The notes: generated from the sequence alone by a model not told the origin. DNA of 64,000 nucleotides from Camelus ferus (GCF_009834535.1 NC_045696.1:49974001-50038000); one strand, 5' to 3'; shown: positions 39,368-53,336, counted from the stretch's first letter. Numbers and translations: made by a program.

Positions 39368-41269
39368 CTGCGTTTTCAGAAAAAAAGTAAATATAGTTAA
39401 TTAATCTAACATTTAACACAAGGCTTATCTATGGGAGGCATTGTGCTAGGCATTATGAAGAAAATAAAGGTGAATAAGGCATTCATCAACACTCAAGGGG
39501 CTTATAATTTAACTAGGGAGAAAGGAGCACTAAGGCAAGTAAACAAATAATTCTAAAGCAATTTTAACCAGTTTACACCGAATGTAAATTAGTATCTTTC
39601 TTTTTGGATTGACCTTGAAAGACATGTTAGGTTGTAGCCATGGTATTTGACTAAGCTCATTCGGTACCATGGCTCACGTAGCTCGAAAATACTGATTGTG
39701 AAGTCCTTGTATCATTAGGAAGAGCTACAATCAAACATTTTGAAAGGGAATTCTGAACTGCTAGTCTGATTTACATAGTGACAGAATTAAGCCTTTGCCT
39801 AAAATCTAGCTAGCACTTAGAGGATGTGAATGACTCTTTTATTCACAAGAATGTGCCCTTTGTAGATTCTCCTTTTGTGATTTCTGAGCCTGCGCTTACT
39901 CAAGTACTCCAGAGCCCAGGAAGACTTCATTATTCCCAAAGCTCATGTTCTCACTAGCTGCAGGCAAAGCAGTTTAAAAAAGTACATTCAGACACCAATA
40001 TGTGTCATTTTGGGGTGTTGAGACCATAGCTATTTAAAATTTACTTCTTGTTATCTTTCTATGTATTTCATGTCTTTAATGTCAACATTATATTTACAGC
40101 AAAATAATTGAAAAGATTAAAAAGGCACATGAATATCATTTTATGAGAGGCAAATAGCTTGGTTTTACCCATATGCTGCCAGATTCTGTCCCTGAAACAC
40201 AAATACCAAGGCATTATCAAAGAACATTTCAATATAAAACATTCTATCCTAGGAAACCTTAAATCAAATTTTTAAAAATATTTTTTTCTATGACTCAACT
40301 TAGGCTAATTACTCTAGGCCATAAACTGTCATCCCTTTCTTGTATTTATATAGCCATAGTTTTAATTCTGTTATTTTCTGGATTTAAGTATTGTATACAA
40401 CATTAACTTGAAGGGAAACACACTAAGACATATTTTATGACAATTGTGTGATTCCTGCATTTTTTAACCTTCTTTTGACCGTACTATCAAAAGCAGATCC
40501 AATTGTTACATCACCTACATAGGCACCAAAAATAATATTCTTCAAAGCAGTATGCCAACCTACCCATGTAATTGATAAAATCACTAGGAAATATTGAGCC
40601 GGATAATTTGGTCAGTTGAGTGGTGACTATGACCCACTGGCATACTTCACTATTCATGTAACAATTACATAATTAAATTTTTATCCTTAACACACTGAAA
40701 AATGCCTCCAAATACCAAAAATCCCAGTCTTGTTCATTAACACAAAATGTAATCAAATCAATTAGGCAACAATGATTGAGGAGTTGTCAAGACCTTTCCT
40801 ATATGGTAGAAAGTAATGGGAGAAACCCAACAAAAGGAAACCAGATTCTCTAAGGAAGCAATGCCCATCAAACTGAGAGTGGGTATGAGCCGAACAACTA
40901 AGCTCCAAACCCATTTAATAGATGTGTACATGTACTAGTGTATGTGTGTGTGTGGAGTGCTCTCAAATCCTATAAAATCCTGTATTTTTAAGCTTCTGAC
41001 TTCTGAACTCACTTCATCTTCCATAACGTCCTCCCAAACTCCAAAAAATCATTGATTATGTTCAGGGCCTCTGTTAACACATATGTTACCATTGTGTGAT
41101 TGAGACCAAACTCCCATCGCATGTATTGGAACATTACAGAATGCATCCTTCTTCAAGACTGACACAGATTCCACTCATCCCTCAGCTGAGTGGGGCACAG
41201 TTCATACTTTTCTATTTTCTGTTATAACACTGACAATCTTATAAAATGCCTGAGCTTAATCTTTTAATT

Positions 41270-41461
41270 GACTTTGCATGTTCTCTTCAGTGTCCTTAAA
41301 ACATTCTTTATTTTAAAATTTTGTACTTTTCACTATGGATTTTTTTGCATTCATTTCAATTTTAAAATATTATTTATCTTGGCTGCTGAGGTTTTTGGCA
41401 CCCTCTTAAATTTTGTGCCTGAGATGAGGGCCTCACTTGCCTTATCTTAATCCTGGCCCTG
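41270..41461 (+). mobile_element. MER45-like hAT fragment
   Basis: aaattttgtgcctgagatgagggcctcacttgcct...tcctggccctg terminus. Confidence 0.55.
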
Positions 41462-41737
41462 TCTAAGGAATTACATTGAACTTTACTGAGTAATATGATC
41501 AAAGACTTAGGGAATTAGTGGTGAAATAAAGTTAACATGAACTCAAGGTGACGTTACAAATTTTCTCTAACATTAGAGGTTTAGAAGGCACAGGCAATAG
41601 AGTTTTTAGAGAGTGTTTTAGTTGTCTGGTTTTCAAGTCTGTATCTTACTTTGACCATGCGGATGTAGATACAGTTACTATTACAACAGTATAACTTCTA
41701 ATGTGAGAAACAAAGTGAAAATATGCTAGCCACTCAC

Positions 41738-41837
41738 TCGAGAAGGGGTGCTTCAACTCCTGGTTTAAAACTTGTAGAATTTAAAAATAGGCCCATAATG
41801 GCGAGGGTAAATATTCCAGACATTCCAACTAGTTCAC
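41738..41837 (-). CDS. SLC9C1: SLC9C1 coding exon 7 (CELVGMSGIFTLAIMGLFLNSTSFKPGVEAPLL)
   Basis: aaatag| ... GA|GTGAGT, 100 nt. Confidence 0.94.
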
Positions 41838-43899
41838 CTATTTTTTTAGAAGAAGTAAATATAAAGTATTAATTCAATATCAGCAGTAGCACAAATTTTA
41901 CCAGAGACGAAAACATCAGATACCTGACAGTACAGTGACTTTATAGAGAGGCTCTCCCACTTGGTTTGAACTGGATAATATTGCATATTATTACCACCAC
42001 CCAATGTCCTTTGTCCTTCTCAGATTCATACCCAACTATGTAGAAAAGTCTACACTGGACATCCTTGCACTGCTTTGGTTTCTGATCATTGGCAATAGTG
42101 TGGAACTCACAAAATTCTTCATGTTCCCTAGTGAGGTTAGGTCTAATCTTTTTTAAGACGGGATCCGGATGAATTAAATGGAAGTGAGATGATGAGCTCT
42201 CTACAGATTAGAGAGCTTCACGTTTTCTTCTTGGGAGACAGCAGGAGATAGAAATGGTTTGATTTCGTGGCAGGACTAAGGGAGTGGAGCCAGCAGAAAC
42301 CCAGTATGGATCGACCTCTCCAGTTTAATTTTGGCTTGGTATATTTACTGTGGGGGACTGAAAAGTGTAAAAAAAAACTGTGGAATATTCTCAAATATTC
42401 TCTTAGCATTCATGAGCTAGAGGGGGAAAATAATTCTGACAGTAGCTTATGAAAGTAGTATATTATCACTGTGAAAAATTCAAATAACATGGTATAGTAT
42501 AGAGATTACATAGTTTTTTGGGAAAAGGGAACACCATAATTCCACTGCCAAGACTTAAGGACAATTTTGATTGAAATTTCTATTGAGGAGAGGACTACAT
42601 TCACCTAGAAAAAATAATTTGATAAGTTACTTGAGAATAGAGAATGCAACCCACAGGCAGCTTCAAGCATGAAAGGTTGCTTGCTGAATTTCTATATTGG
42701 AGGCAAGTGGTAAAAATCAAGCAGGAAACATGGAAAAGTGAGGAGCTGATAGATCTCATAGAACCGTGAGCTACACAATGTAACTTTCCCTGTGAGCTTC
42801 CCTTGTCTGCATCTTCAGTAAAGTTTATTAGGTACCAGAAACTTCTATATATTTAAGAGTGGGTAGCAGAGATTATAAGGAAGAATACCCCAGAAATTTT
42901 CAGAAAGTTATGAGGAGATATCTTTGGGTTTTCATAGGCTTTAGAATTGGAAATTTAAGATAACTGGATCAAGATCTTTGAGAGGAGTGGATACCCAGTG
43001 AACACTCACAGCAGCACATATTCAACATACATATACTCAAAGTCACTCATAAAAAAAACTCAAAGGGATTTTACAGTACCACAGTTCTCTAACAGTGTTC
43101 TTTTTTTCTCTTAATGTTTACCAGAAATTGTTCAAGTTAATAAATCAACATTTTTTGTTTTACTGCTAACGAATATTATGGATATGCCATTTTTATCATA
43201 TTGCCGTGTTTATCAAATTGTCATACATGGATCAGTTCTGTGCCCCGTCTGTTTCTTTGGTTTACTATGTATTCCTTTGTTACATCAGTTGTATTTTAAT
43301 TACTGTAGGCTTATTAAATGTTCATACCTACCTAGTAGGAAAATTCTTCACTTTTAAAAAGTTGTCTCACATAGTCTCACAGTTTATATTTCCAGATGAA
43401 TTTTTAAAATTATTTTGTAAAATTTCATCCCCCCAAATTTCTATCATTGAGTCAGATTGTGATAATCTTAGTTTGATGAAATTAATATCATTATCACATT
43501 ACTGACTCTTTTCTTCTTGATATGGAAAATTACAAGTTTTATATTCTTTATTTTAGTCCTGGCTAAGAATGATACCTAAGCTAAAAATGAACAATTTAGT
43601 CAGTCATTTTTGAATCATGAAAGAAAAGGGAGCTGTGAACATGGGTGCTTTGAGCAGATCAGATCCTGGACTAGTCATTGTAACTTGTCAGGTAATGGTG
43701 AGATTTGGAAAATATTTATGATGACTATCTTGAAGATCTTAATAACATAAACATTAAGCCAGGTCAGAGTTACAGCTCTTTTACATTAGATTTATATTTA
43801 CCTTTCATCTTGTTTTCATGAAATTCTGTCCTAGGCAGGTTTTTGTTTTTTTTTTCCTGAAATGTTTATTGAGACATCTTGACTCTAAAATTTTTTAAT

Positions 43900-44130
43900 T
43901 TCTTTCTTGGAGATAAGGGTAAGGGATTAAGAGATACAAACTAGTATATATAAAATAAACAAGCAACAAAAATATAAAGTACAGCAAAAGAAAATATAGT
44001 TATTATTTTATAATAACTTTAAATGGATTATAATCTATAAAAATATTGAATCACTGTGTTGTACACCTGAAACTAATTTAATATTGTAAATCAACTATAC
44101 TTCAATTTAAAAAATTAAATAAATAAAAAA
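43900..44130 (+). mobile_element. L1 3' end
   Basis: tgtacacctgaaactaa...atattgtaaatcaactatacttcaat followed by an A tail. Confidence 0.85.
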
Positions 44131-45712
44131 ATTTTCTCCTTCAGCATAATGCTTAATCTTGAGACTATGCTTACTTACTTAATGATGTTAGAGGAAATTA
44201 TTTTTGCTGGAATACATATTTTGTAGATTTAGGTATACATAGTTAAAGTAGGACATAATGAATATACTCGTACTGACCAATCATTCTCTCACTCTCTATT
44301 AATTCATTAACCTGATTCTGTAACCTCACTAGATTTTAATTGGCTTGAACCCACTGATTAGTGAGGAAACTTCGAGAATCTATGTTCTGCCTTTCCTTCC
44401 TCAGACATGAAAATAATGAATCTTTTTACTCTAGCATTTCTAAAGAGAAATGCCTCAATTTATTTGAATTTTATACTTCTCCAAAAACTTTTGTAGTACT
44501 CTGTTTAGGTTCAAATTTTTTGCTAAGTTTATTCCTTGATTTTTTTTTTTTTCGTAACTTTTTGCCAATACAAAGACAATCAATTTTTTCTAACTAGTTA
44601 CTGCTGGTTTATAAGAATACTACTGATTTTTTGTGTATTTACCTTATATCAAACTATTAAACAGCCTTGCTGTCTTAGTTTTTTAATTAATCTCTTGGGT
44701 TTTCTGTGTAATCTAAAATGTTGTGATTAATGTAACCATTTTCTCTTTCAAAATATATACAAACTTCTCTCTTTTTTTCTTATCATACTAGCTAGAACTT
44801 CCAGAACCATTTATAATCATGGATATGAGGCTAGGCAACACTGCCTTATTCTTAAACATAATGGAAAGACATGTGTAAGTTGAGAAGTAGGTACTATCAC
44901 ACATACCAAACTCAAATCATTTGTAGAGCTGTCTGAAAAGCTGGGTTGAACATGATTCTGAGGCTGTATCAGGAAACTGGCATGTGGCTAATTATCAATG
45001 TCTGCTGTACTTCTTGAGAAGGGAGTTGTGGTAAATGGATTAGTAATGTTTAGGATAGAGTTTCTAATATTTAGCCTTACTTGATCTGTAACTTCTATTT
45101 TTATTTCCTTTATGAGCTATGAGTTACCAAGAAAAGTATTTAATTTCAGGAAATTAGAATGTTTATTTTTAAAGACCCTCCTTTTGTAGTTAGCATTTAA
45201 TTGCATTGTGGTTGAACAATGTTTAGGATTTTATTGAAATGTTCTCCTAGTCTAGCTCATTTATTTCTATTAACATCTACAAGTCTATGTAAAGGATAAG
45301 CATCCTGTTTTGGGAGATAAAACTCTTTATACAGCTTATAAACCAAGCTAAGTTTTTGTTTAAATCTTTTTAAAGCCATAATCATTTTTTTCTCTGATTG
45401 GTTATGAAATTATCTAGGAAAAGCATGCTAAAGTATCTCTTGTAATTATGGTTTTGTCAAATTTCTCTCATTTTTTATACTGGAATTTACTTTATATATC
45501 TTGGTGTATTGTTTTCTGTTGTATAGATCTTAATATTTTTATCTCCTTTGATACATTATTTTCAAAAATATTCCTTCTAGATCAGTTGCGTTTTTTTTTT
45601 TTTTTTTGGCTTGGTATGTATTTCCTACATTTTTATTTTGAATTTTTCTATGTCATTTTATTTTGACATTTTCTATGTCATTTCTAGTTTTAGGCATAGT
45701 CCCCTCACTTAC

Positions 45713-45874
45713 AGAAAAAAAAGATGAAGTACAGAATTGAAAAGCTGAGACTTATATGATTGACGTCATCACCAAAAACAGTAGCCATCCACAGTTGAAT
45801 CAGTTTTGAGCTTAGAATTCCAAACAAGAAACTTGCTAGAAAATATGACCAAATTTTAGTCATGATGCTATAGT
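45713..45874 (-). CDS. SLC9C1: SLC9C1 coding exon 6 (NYSIMTKIWSY...FGDDVNHISLSFSILYFIFFF)
   Basis: cttgcag| ... T|GTAAGT, 162 nt. Confidence 0.95.
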
Positions 45875-47560
45875 CTGCAAGAAAAGAGAGTAAATAGAAA
45901 ACAATTAATAGAACTTACTTGTTCTTAATTTTAAGTGATAATCTGGGTCAAACTTTTCTTTTTCATTATCTTTAAAAATAGCTCATAGCCTTCAGAATAG
46001 ATGTAGGGTATTTTCTTATTCCTAAATTGAGAGAGTTTCTTTTCAAATGTTAGAAGCCACACTTAAGCTTGTAAAATTTGCTCAGTTTAGTTTAAGAGCT
46101 TTTTTCCAGTCCCCACTAAGGCATATGTATTTATTCAGTGCCAAACTGTATAATGCATTTTAGAAAAACAGTAATGAACAAGAAGTAGAAAGTCTCTAAA
46201 CTCGTGGAATTCATATTCTAGGTCTAACATGATACACACAAGGGATACAGAAAAAGGAATGCCTCTGGGTCCTAGCTGAGTGAATCTCCTGTACCGCCTT
46301 GACCTGCCAAACCAACCTGACTGGTTCCTTAATGTTGGCCGGTTCACTGTTCCCAGTTTTTCCTGAGAAGCCATTCTGCAGTGTATATTCTGTATAGAAA
46401 TTTTTGTATTTCTCTGATTACTTCCTTAGGACCCAGAAGTGGAATCACTACACTAAAGGATAGTTGATCCTTTATTGATATGGCTATATTTTGCCAAATT
46501 GCTTTCTACAGTCATTATGATGCCCTTCCCAGAAAACCAGGAAGCCTGAGGCCTTGACAGCCTCTATGGCTGGAATCAGGCATGCCATGGGTGAGAAAGG
46601 CCTTCCCACCTTTACAGGGTGCGCAACAGTGGAGCAAAGTTTGAATCATGGGTGAGAGTGGGTCCTGGGGTCAGGAAAGCCTGAAGGGTCAACTCCAACA
46701 GAATATGTGGAGGGCAAGAACAAAACCAAACTAAAGAATGGCCACCAAAAAAGAGTAGCAGCAGCCACATCAAAAAAATCAGGCTAAATTTGGGGAAGGA
46801 AATCCTAGAGCTGTAGTAATATGAAGGAGAAAGGATCCCTTTATGAACCCTTATTCATAAATGTCCACTGCTGAGGAGGGCACTGCTAAGAATGCTGACA
46901 AGATTTAGATTCCTTCATACCTAGTCTCATTCCCATGGCTGAAAGAGAGCCATTGTATCCAGATATGCCAAGTAGAAAGATTTATTCTCTGTAGGGATCA
47001 GTGTGAACTTGGGAGGAGAGTTTCATAAATGACCCTCTAGGTCACATCCATTCTAGGTATGGAGTTGGCCTTGGTAACAATTTTGAAAGCCCAGCACCTC
47101 CTTTAAGGTAGAGGCTGACTGTGGTGTCGGATGATGAAGGAAACTGCAGTTAAAAGGCCCAGTTTAAAAGCTGCTTTCTCTTTTAAGAAGGAAAAATAGC
47201 TCTCAATGAGTAAAATGTTTTGCCAAATGGATTTATTAGGCCGGGAAAAGCCTCAAAGCAAATCCATTATTTCTTCCAGTGTTCTTAAACTTCTAACATA
47301 CAAGTAGGAAAAGGCAGGAACTCTGAGTGCAATAACTCTTCCTGTTTTTCCCTGTTATGAAATATGTGCTAACTTCAAAGATAGAGCAACACTTTAAATA
47401 ATTACATAAGTTAGAAGAAGAATAATTAGTATGAAAATTATTTCGTAATTGTGTCATTTGGTATAAGTGAAATACCAGTAAAACTTATCAAGCAGATTTC
47501 TTAAGAGAAATTCTTCTATTAAAAATTCAGAGAAAGTCCTAATGGCAAAGGAAAAAAGTT

Positions 47561-48039
47561 TGTAACTGAGCAGGACCCTATGGGGCCTGCCCAGGATAAG
47601 CCCCTCCCTCATATCTTCTGCTGTAGCTCCTCTCTGAAGTACCTAGATAATAGTGTCTGATGCACACTTCTTGAGTTGTTTTACAGATGCTAAAACCACT
47701 ACCAAATAGAAGAAATTAACTACTTGATGATCATGAGCCCCAGACCTACTGATGTCTAAGGACTGATAATGTTAACTGCCCTGTTACCTCACTATTATCC
47801 AACCAGAGAACTGTGAACTAGCTGATCACATACCCTGTGACCCTCCCCCACCACATGTGGCCTTTAAAAATGCTTTGCTAAAACCCTTCGAGGAATCTGG
47901 GGGTCCTAGAGCATGAGCCACCCGACCTTCTTGTATTGGCAACTTTACAATAAACACTGCATTTTTCTTCAACACAACCCAGTGTCCGTATATTGGCTTC
48001 ACTCCGGGCGGGTGAGCAGACCCATTTGATTCAGTAACA
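47561..48039 (+). mobile_element. Solo LTR, class I ERV type
   Basis: TGTAACTGA...TCAGTAACA termini, 4-bp TSD AGTT on both sides, TTTAAAAA TATA-like box near 47863, AATAAA near 47949. Confidence 0.9.
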
Positions 48040-50186
48040 AGTTCATTGTTCTCGTCCTCCTACAGCAGAACTTTTATTATTATAGCTGTTACTATGATTA
48101 TTTTAAGAGTGCTTACTTAACAGTTTTTACTCCTCTGAAACCTAAACAAAACCAAAATTCTGTTCTTTTGATTACTGTCAAAATTATGAGGCAAGCTCTA
48201 CAAAAGCAAGGACTGTTATGTTCATGGCTGAATCACCAGGGCCTAGAATATGTGCTATCACATAGTCTATCTCAAAAATAGTTTTTGGATTAATGAATGA
48301 ATGAACTCCCATACCAATATCTTTTTTTTCTTCCAGTGAATATCAAATAAATTCTCTTGATTAGATTATAGATGTCATCTCTGATAAAGTTCCCTGAAAG
48401 TCTGTGGTCAGTATTTACTTAGAAGGGACCTGGTAGAACACTAGAGTGGGTACAGAGGTGGGGCATGGATCCTCTGACCAGCACAATGCCTGCACTCCTT
48501 TGCATTTTTTATTTCCCCCAGGGATAGTTCTTGAGCTTCTAAGACACTTCTGAATATAAACATTTCTTTTTTTGCTCACCTTAGTCATCTTCAGGAAGGC
48601 CTTATCTACACCAAGTTTTATAGTAAAAAATTGTCTGAGTGCTGTATTGTGCCACCTCCTTTTGTACCCTGGATTTTGGAAAAGGCTGTATTAATGGAGT
48701 TGGTTTGGTTTTCTCACTCACCACTTTGATGGCATAAACTAAGCATTTAAAGAGGATGTACCTACCTTCCTGCACTAAATTTGGGCTCTAGGATCACCAC
48801 AGATGTTCCAAGCTGCCATGGTCTGGGTCAACTAGTTGGATACAGAACAAGGCTGAGGGCAAGTGCTTCTTATGCCCAAGTAGGGTAACTCACCACCATC
48901 TGGACCAGCTCCTTTGATTCTTTCTGGGAAACAATAGTCTTCAATTCTGAGTTTTAGGCATTGATTATTATCATGTAAGGCATGGGCGAGTCAGAATAGA
49001 GGTAAACAGGGTCCCTGGCTGCCCAACAACTAAGTGCTCTCCAGGGACGGGGAAAACAGTCGTAGCTAAAACTTCCTCTCCTGAGTGGTTGGGAAGGTAA
49101 CTTGGGATGTGCTTGATCGCTGCAGACAGGTGGTAGTAGAAGGATCCCACTTCAGTATATGGGATTATTTGGCACCATACAGCCTCTTGATACACTAGAA
49201 TGTAGTCTATAAGCACCTCCTAAACACTCTTTTTTCAGTTGGGTAGGAGGGTGGAATGATAACACAGAAGACATCCAGTGAGTGGAATAGTATACATCAG
49301 CAATTTTCTCAGGAAGATTATAATCATTGCTTTCCCAAAATGAGTATAGATGGCAACACAGTAAAAAAGGCATATAACTTCTTAGTATTCTAACAAAAAT
49401 ATCTGACCTCTTGTACAGCCTTAAAAGGTCCTATAGACCCTCTCCCACACCAACTCAGAGACTGTACTCTGAGAATCATAGAAAGTATGGGGTTTTAATC
49501 AGGAAGGGGCATGAAAGATACCCCTGGAGAAGCTGGTAACACTGTATTTCTTGTCTTGAGTGAAAATTACCCATCTGTGTACTTTATAATCACTCATTAT
49601 AGTGTGCATATGTAATTTATTTTATACACACATATACATATGATAAAGGAAAAGACATACTATGGTTCAAGGCTATCCGAATGTGGCAAATGAGCTCATG
49701 TGCACCTTGCAATCTTTCTGCTTACAAGCACTGATCTCAGGCCTGTAGGTGGCCCTGTAACTCACACTTCCTCCCTGGGTTGACAGCTTTCTGTGTTGCC
49801 TGCAAGGAGATTGTCCCAGGGTGAAGGGAAGGGAAGCCACCTCCTCTCACCACCAGTGGATACACTACCCGGCTTATCTTCTGAGTTCACCTTCAACACA
49901 TAAAAATCTCATTATCTCTCATTGTTGTTGCCAAGCATTCTGATTCAGCCTAGGCCTGTGGAATGCTACTTCTATACGTGTCCTCAGGAAAAGTCCCAGC
50001 TCAGCCTCACAACAAAACAACAGCCAATATTAAATAAGGGGTATGTAAAGGGTAAATCACTATACTAATACTCACAATTATGTTTGTACAAGCATAGCTT
50101 AGGGTAAGGTATTATGAAATCCATGTCAGCTTCCAGAAAATATAGGATTCTAATTTTAAGAAGTTAAGAAAAAAATCAGTCCTTAC

Positions 50187-50315
50187 TTAAGGAATAGTTT
50201 GTCTTTCTTTGCATGCTGAAGTTAACATCCACAATACTATCAAACAAAATTAAAGACATTATAGAGGTCATCAGACTTTCTCCATTAATTAAGTTGACAA
50301 GGCTTCTAGAAAGAC
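50187..50315 (-). CDS. SLC9C1: SLC9C1 coding exon 5 (GLSRSLVNLINGESLMTS...TNYSL)
   Basis: ccatag| ... A|GTAAGG, 129 nt. Confidence 0.95.
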
Positions 50316-51149
50316 CTATGGAGGGGAAAATATCTTTTTTTAAGGTGGGAAAAACATCAATAATAAAGAATAAAATTTTATCAGCAAGTAGAAGGATGTT
50401 GTTAGCTACAGATTTGTATTGCATATTTTTCCTACATACTTAAATAAACTTTAGTCATGTTTGAAAACTCCCTTCAAGGAAAAATTTCTTTATAGATCAA
50501 CTATAAGTGAAGTCCAGACCATCATAATTAGGTACCAAATTAACTGTGGTTGATTAAGTGAGATAATCAACCAGAGCTCTCATGCCTTCTTTCAAAGCAC
50601 AGATGAAAACATAAAATTTATTATTTTCTTTTGTTCTGAGACTTAGCCTATGTAAATACACAGATTGTGAATTTAAGACAAGACAAAAAGCAGTGATTAA
50701 GGGATAAAGTCAATTATAAACTAAGGCATTATACCACAATACTTAAGTCAAATATTAAGGCAATTGTCCAGATAATCTCACTATAGTTTGAAATTGTCTG
50801 GCTTTCCCATGTATCCCTTTCGGTGGTTTTAGAAATCATGCTCCATGAATGGCCGGCACCTTTATATTACCTACCTTCATCCTAATTCTCCTCCATTTAT
50901 GATGATATTCTATGTTTAGATATCCATCAGTTATCATTTTTCTTTGCTATTCAGTGTGTCTGTAGGGCAAAACTATAATTTTTAGCATCTTTAATGATTT
51001 TCAAAATGTCCACAGGAAGGAAATATAATTAAGGAAATGGTAAAAGCCCTTTTTGTGAACCAACAATCTGTGGTCACAATCCAATACAGTAAGTATGCAG
51101 TTGGAAGAGAATAAAAGCCAAGGCAGTCTGTTTCTGTGAAAGTTCATTT

Positions 51150-51582
51150 GCCTTGATGGTCCAGGTCTTCACCTTGCCCTGCATCCATGCCCTCTGCTGT
51201 AAGACTCTGCAGTTTCTCTCACCCAAGAGATCTGTTTTGTTCTGAGACTTAATGCAAACAGAGGCTTGAGAAAGATTTCTGCTTCCTCTCTCTTGGATCC
51301 CTGCCACTATCATGGCAGCAGTCCCGGGTTACCCTTATGGAGGAATGTGAGAAATATGTGGAAGAACAGTGGGTCATCCAGTTGAGGCCATCCTAGATCA
51401 CCTAGCCCCCAGATGACCCTCCAGCTGACTGCAGTTTCCTTAGTGAGCCTAGCCAAGATCAGCAGAGGCCAGTCTATATCATCAGAACTGCCAGACTCAT
51501 CCGAAATAATGAATAATTGTGGTTTTAAGCCACTGTTTTAGAGTGACTTTTACTCAAAAACCACCCCCAAACCAACTGATAC
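51150..51582 (+). mobile_element. MLT1-type MaLR LTR
   Basis: gaggccatcctagatca, ccagctgactgcag, ttgtggttttaagccact, aactgatac terminus. Confidence 0.8.
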
Positions 51583-52383
51583 TGTTGTATAACTATTCCA
51601 TTTTAGAAAATGGAACTATAACAAAATGAAAATAGCTCTTTTCTCTTTATGTGCATGTGTGTGCGCACGCGCATGTATGGGCCATATTAAAATTCTACTT
51701 TAAAACAAATGTTCTAGTCCTCATTATTAAAAAGAAACTGAAGGAACACAGGTTATTCATTTTTTTGAATGAAGCTCTTGGCTTTTGTTCTGGGTTATGT
51801 TGACTTGGTATTTTACTTTTAAATACAGGTTTCTTTCTCCTAAAACAGTACACACTGAAAACACTGCCCCTAGTGATTTGTTTTTGACTTTTTAGGCTTT
51901 TGGTCTCAATGTTGACAATGACTCCAAAGGTTTTTTTTGTTTGTTTGTTTGTTTGTTTGTTTGTTTGTTTTTATCAAATGGCATTATCCTAAGGACAGTG
52001 TTTTCAACAGAAAAGAGGTGCTGGGCAATAGAAACGTAACCACAATGTACATGCAATATTGTAATGTCCCCAGAACCGTTCTGTTGGCTCAAGGTAGAAG
52101 CATGTATAAAGTCAAATATTCCAAATAATCCCCTTCCTTATTCCACAATTGAATGTAAGACTTTATACACACACACACACACACACACATGTTTTTTTTT
52201 AGGAAGCCGATTACTGGCATTTCATTCTGTTCTAAACATCACCACCTGAATCTCTATGCTCAATCCCTAATGCCACAGCACCCCACTTCACATAGAGAAA
52301 AGCTGTGAACAAAAGATCTTAAAGCTAGACAATTTAAATATTGACAAAATTTGAAATAGAATAAAAGATAAAATTATACCTAC

Positions 52384-52549
52384 CAAGGTCTCTTACAGCA
52401 GCTGCAGTCAGCATGGGATCTGAACTCATAAGGATAGCTGAAAATAATAACCATTGGGTGGTTTTCAAAAGTAATTTATTCACAGATGCCAGATACCAAA
52501 GAATTAAGATATAATTAATAAAAAATCCAGGAATTGTGATTAAAAGTAT
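52384..52549 (-). CDS. SLC9C1: SLC9C1 coding exon 4 (ILLITIPGFF...SSDPMLTAAAVRDL)
   Basis: ttgcag| ... G|GTAGGT, 166 nt; contains the CPA1 S/T-D-P motif. Confidence 0.95.
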
Positions 52550-53209
52550 CTGCAAAGAAATTTTACGGATTAAAAAAATCAGAATGCATTTGTATTTCAT
52601 TATTAAAAGCAGATAATCAGGATTTTGGAGATACAGAATCACATTCAATCAATCCATCAAAGGGAAATCTGAAGTTATCTTATTTAACAATTATGTACTT
52701 GCAACTCTGGAAATATGGAACAAATGTTGCAATGAGATTCCTAGGACCCCAAAAATACCAGTTATAGGAAATACCGTATTATAATTTAAAAGGAACTTTT
52801 AATTTTCTTGATAAGGCCATTGAATATAGATGTGCATGTGTGAAGATATATACATACATCCCATATATATACATATATATACATACATATATACACATAT
52901 TTATGCATAAGAACTGAGACATAGCCTATTAACATAGAAAATAGAACACAAGTTTAGGATGAAGTTATAAAAGAGGAAAAAAAAGAGAAAACAAAATAAA
53001 AGAAGGAATGTATGGAAATGGCAAAAGACCAAAGAAAAGATGGGAAGGGAAATTCTATTATTCTAGGACTGGCTTTCTACCTTCTCACCATTGCCTTCTA
53101 TTTTTTCTTACTTTACCTGTGGTGGCTCTTTAGCAAGGTTTTATTACCAAATGGACTTGCGGAAATGTGATGATTATGCCTCAAAGTACCTATGAGAATT
53201 CAGAACTAT

Positions 53210-53300
53210 GCCCATATTTGCTGTAGCATAGTTTACAATAGCCAAAACATGGAAGCAACCTAAATGTTCATCAATAGGTGAATGGATAATGAAGATATGA

Positions 53301-53336
<36 letters not shown>

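Noticed and set aside
45761..45768. Perfect CRE palindrome TGACGTCA
   Set aside because: Lies within coding sequence (GAT GAC GTC AAT) and is explained by codons; one 8-mer in 64 kb is unremarkable
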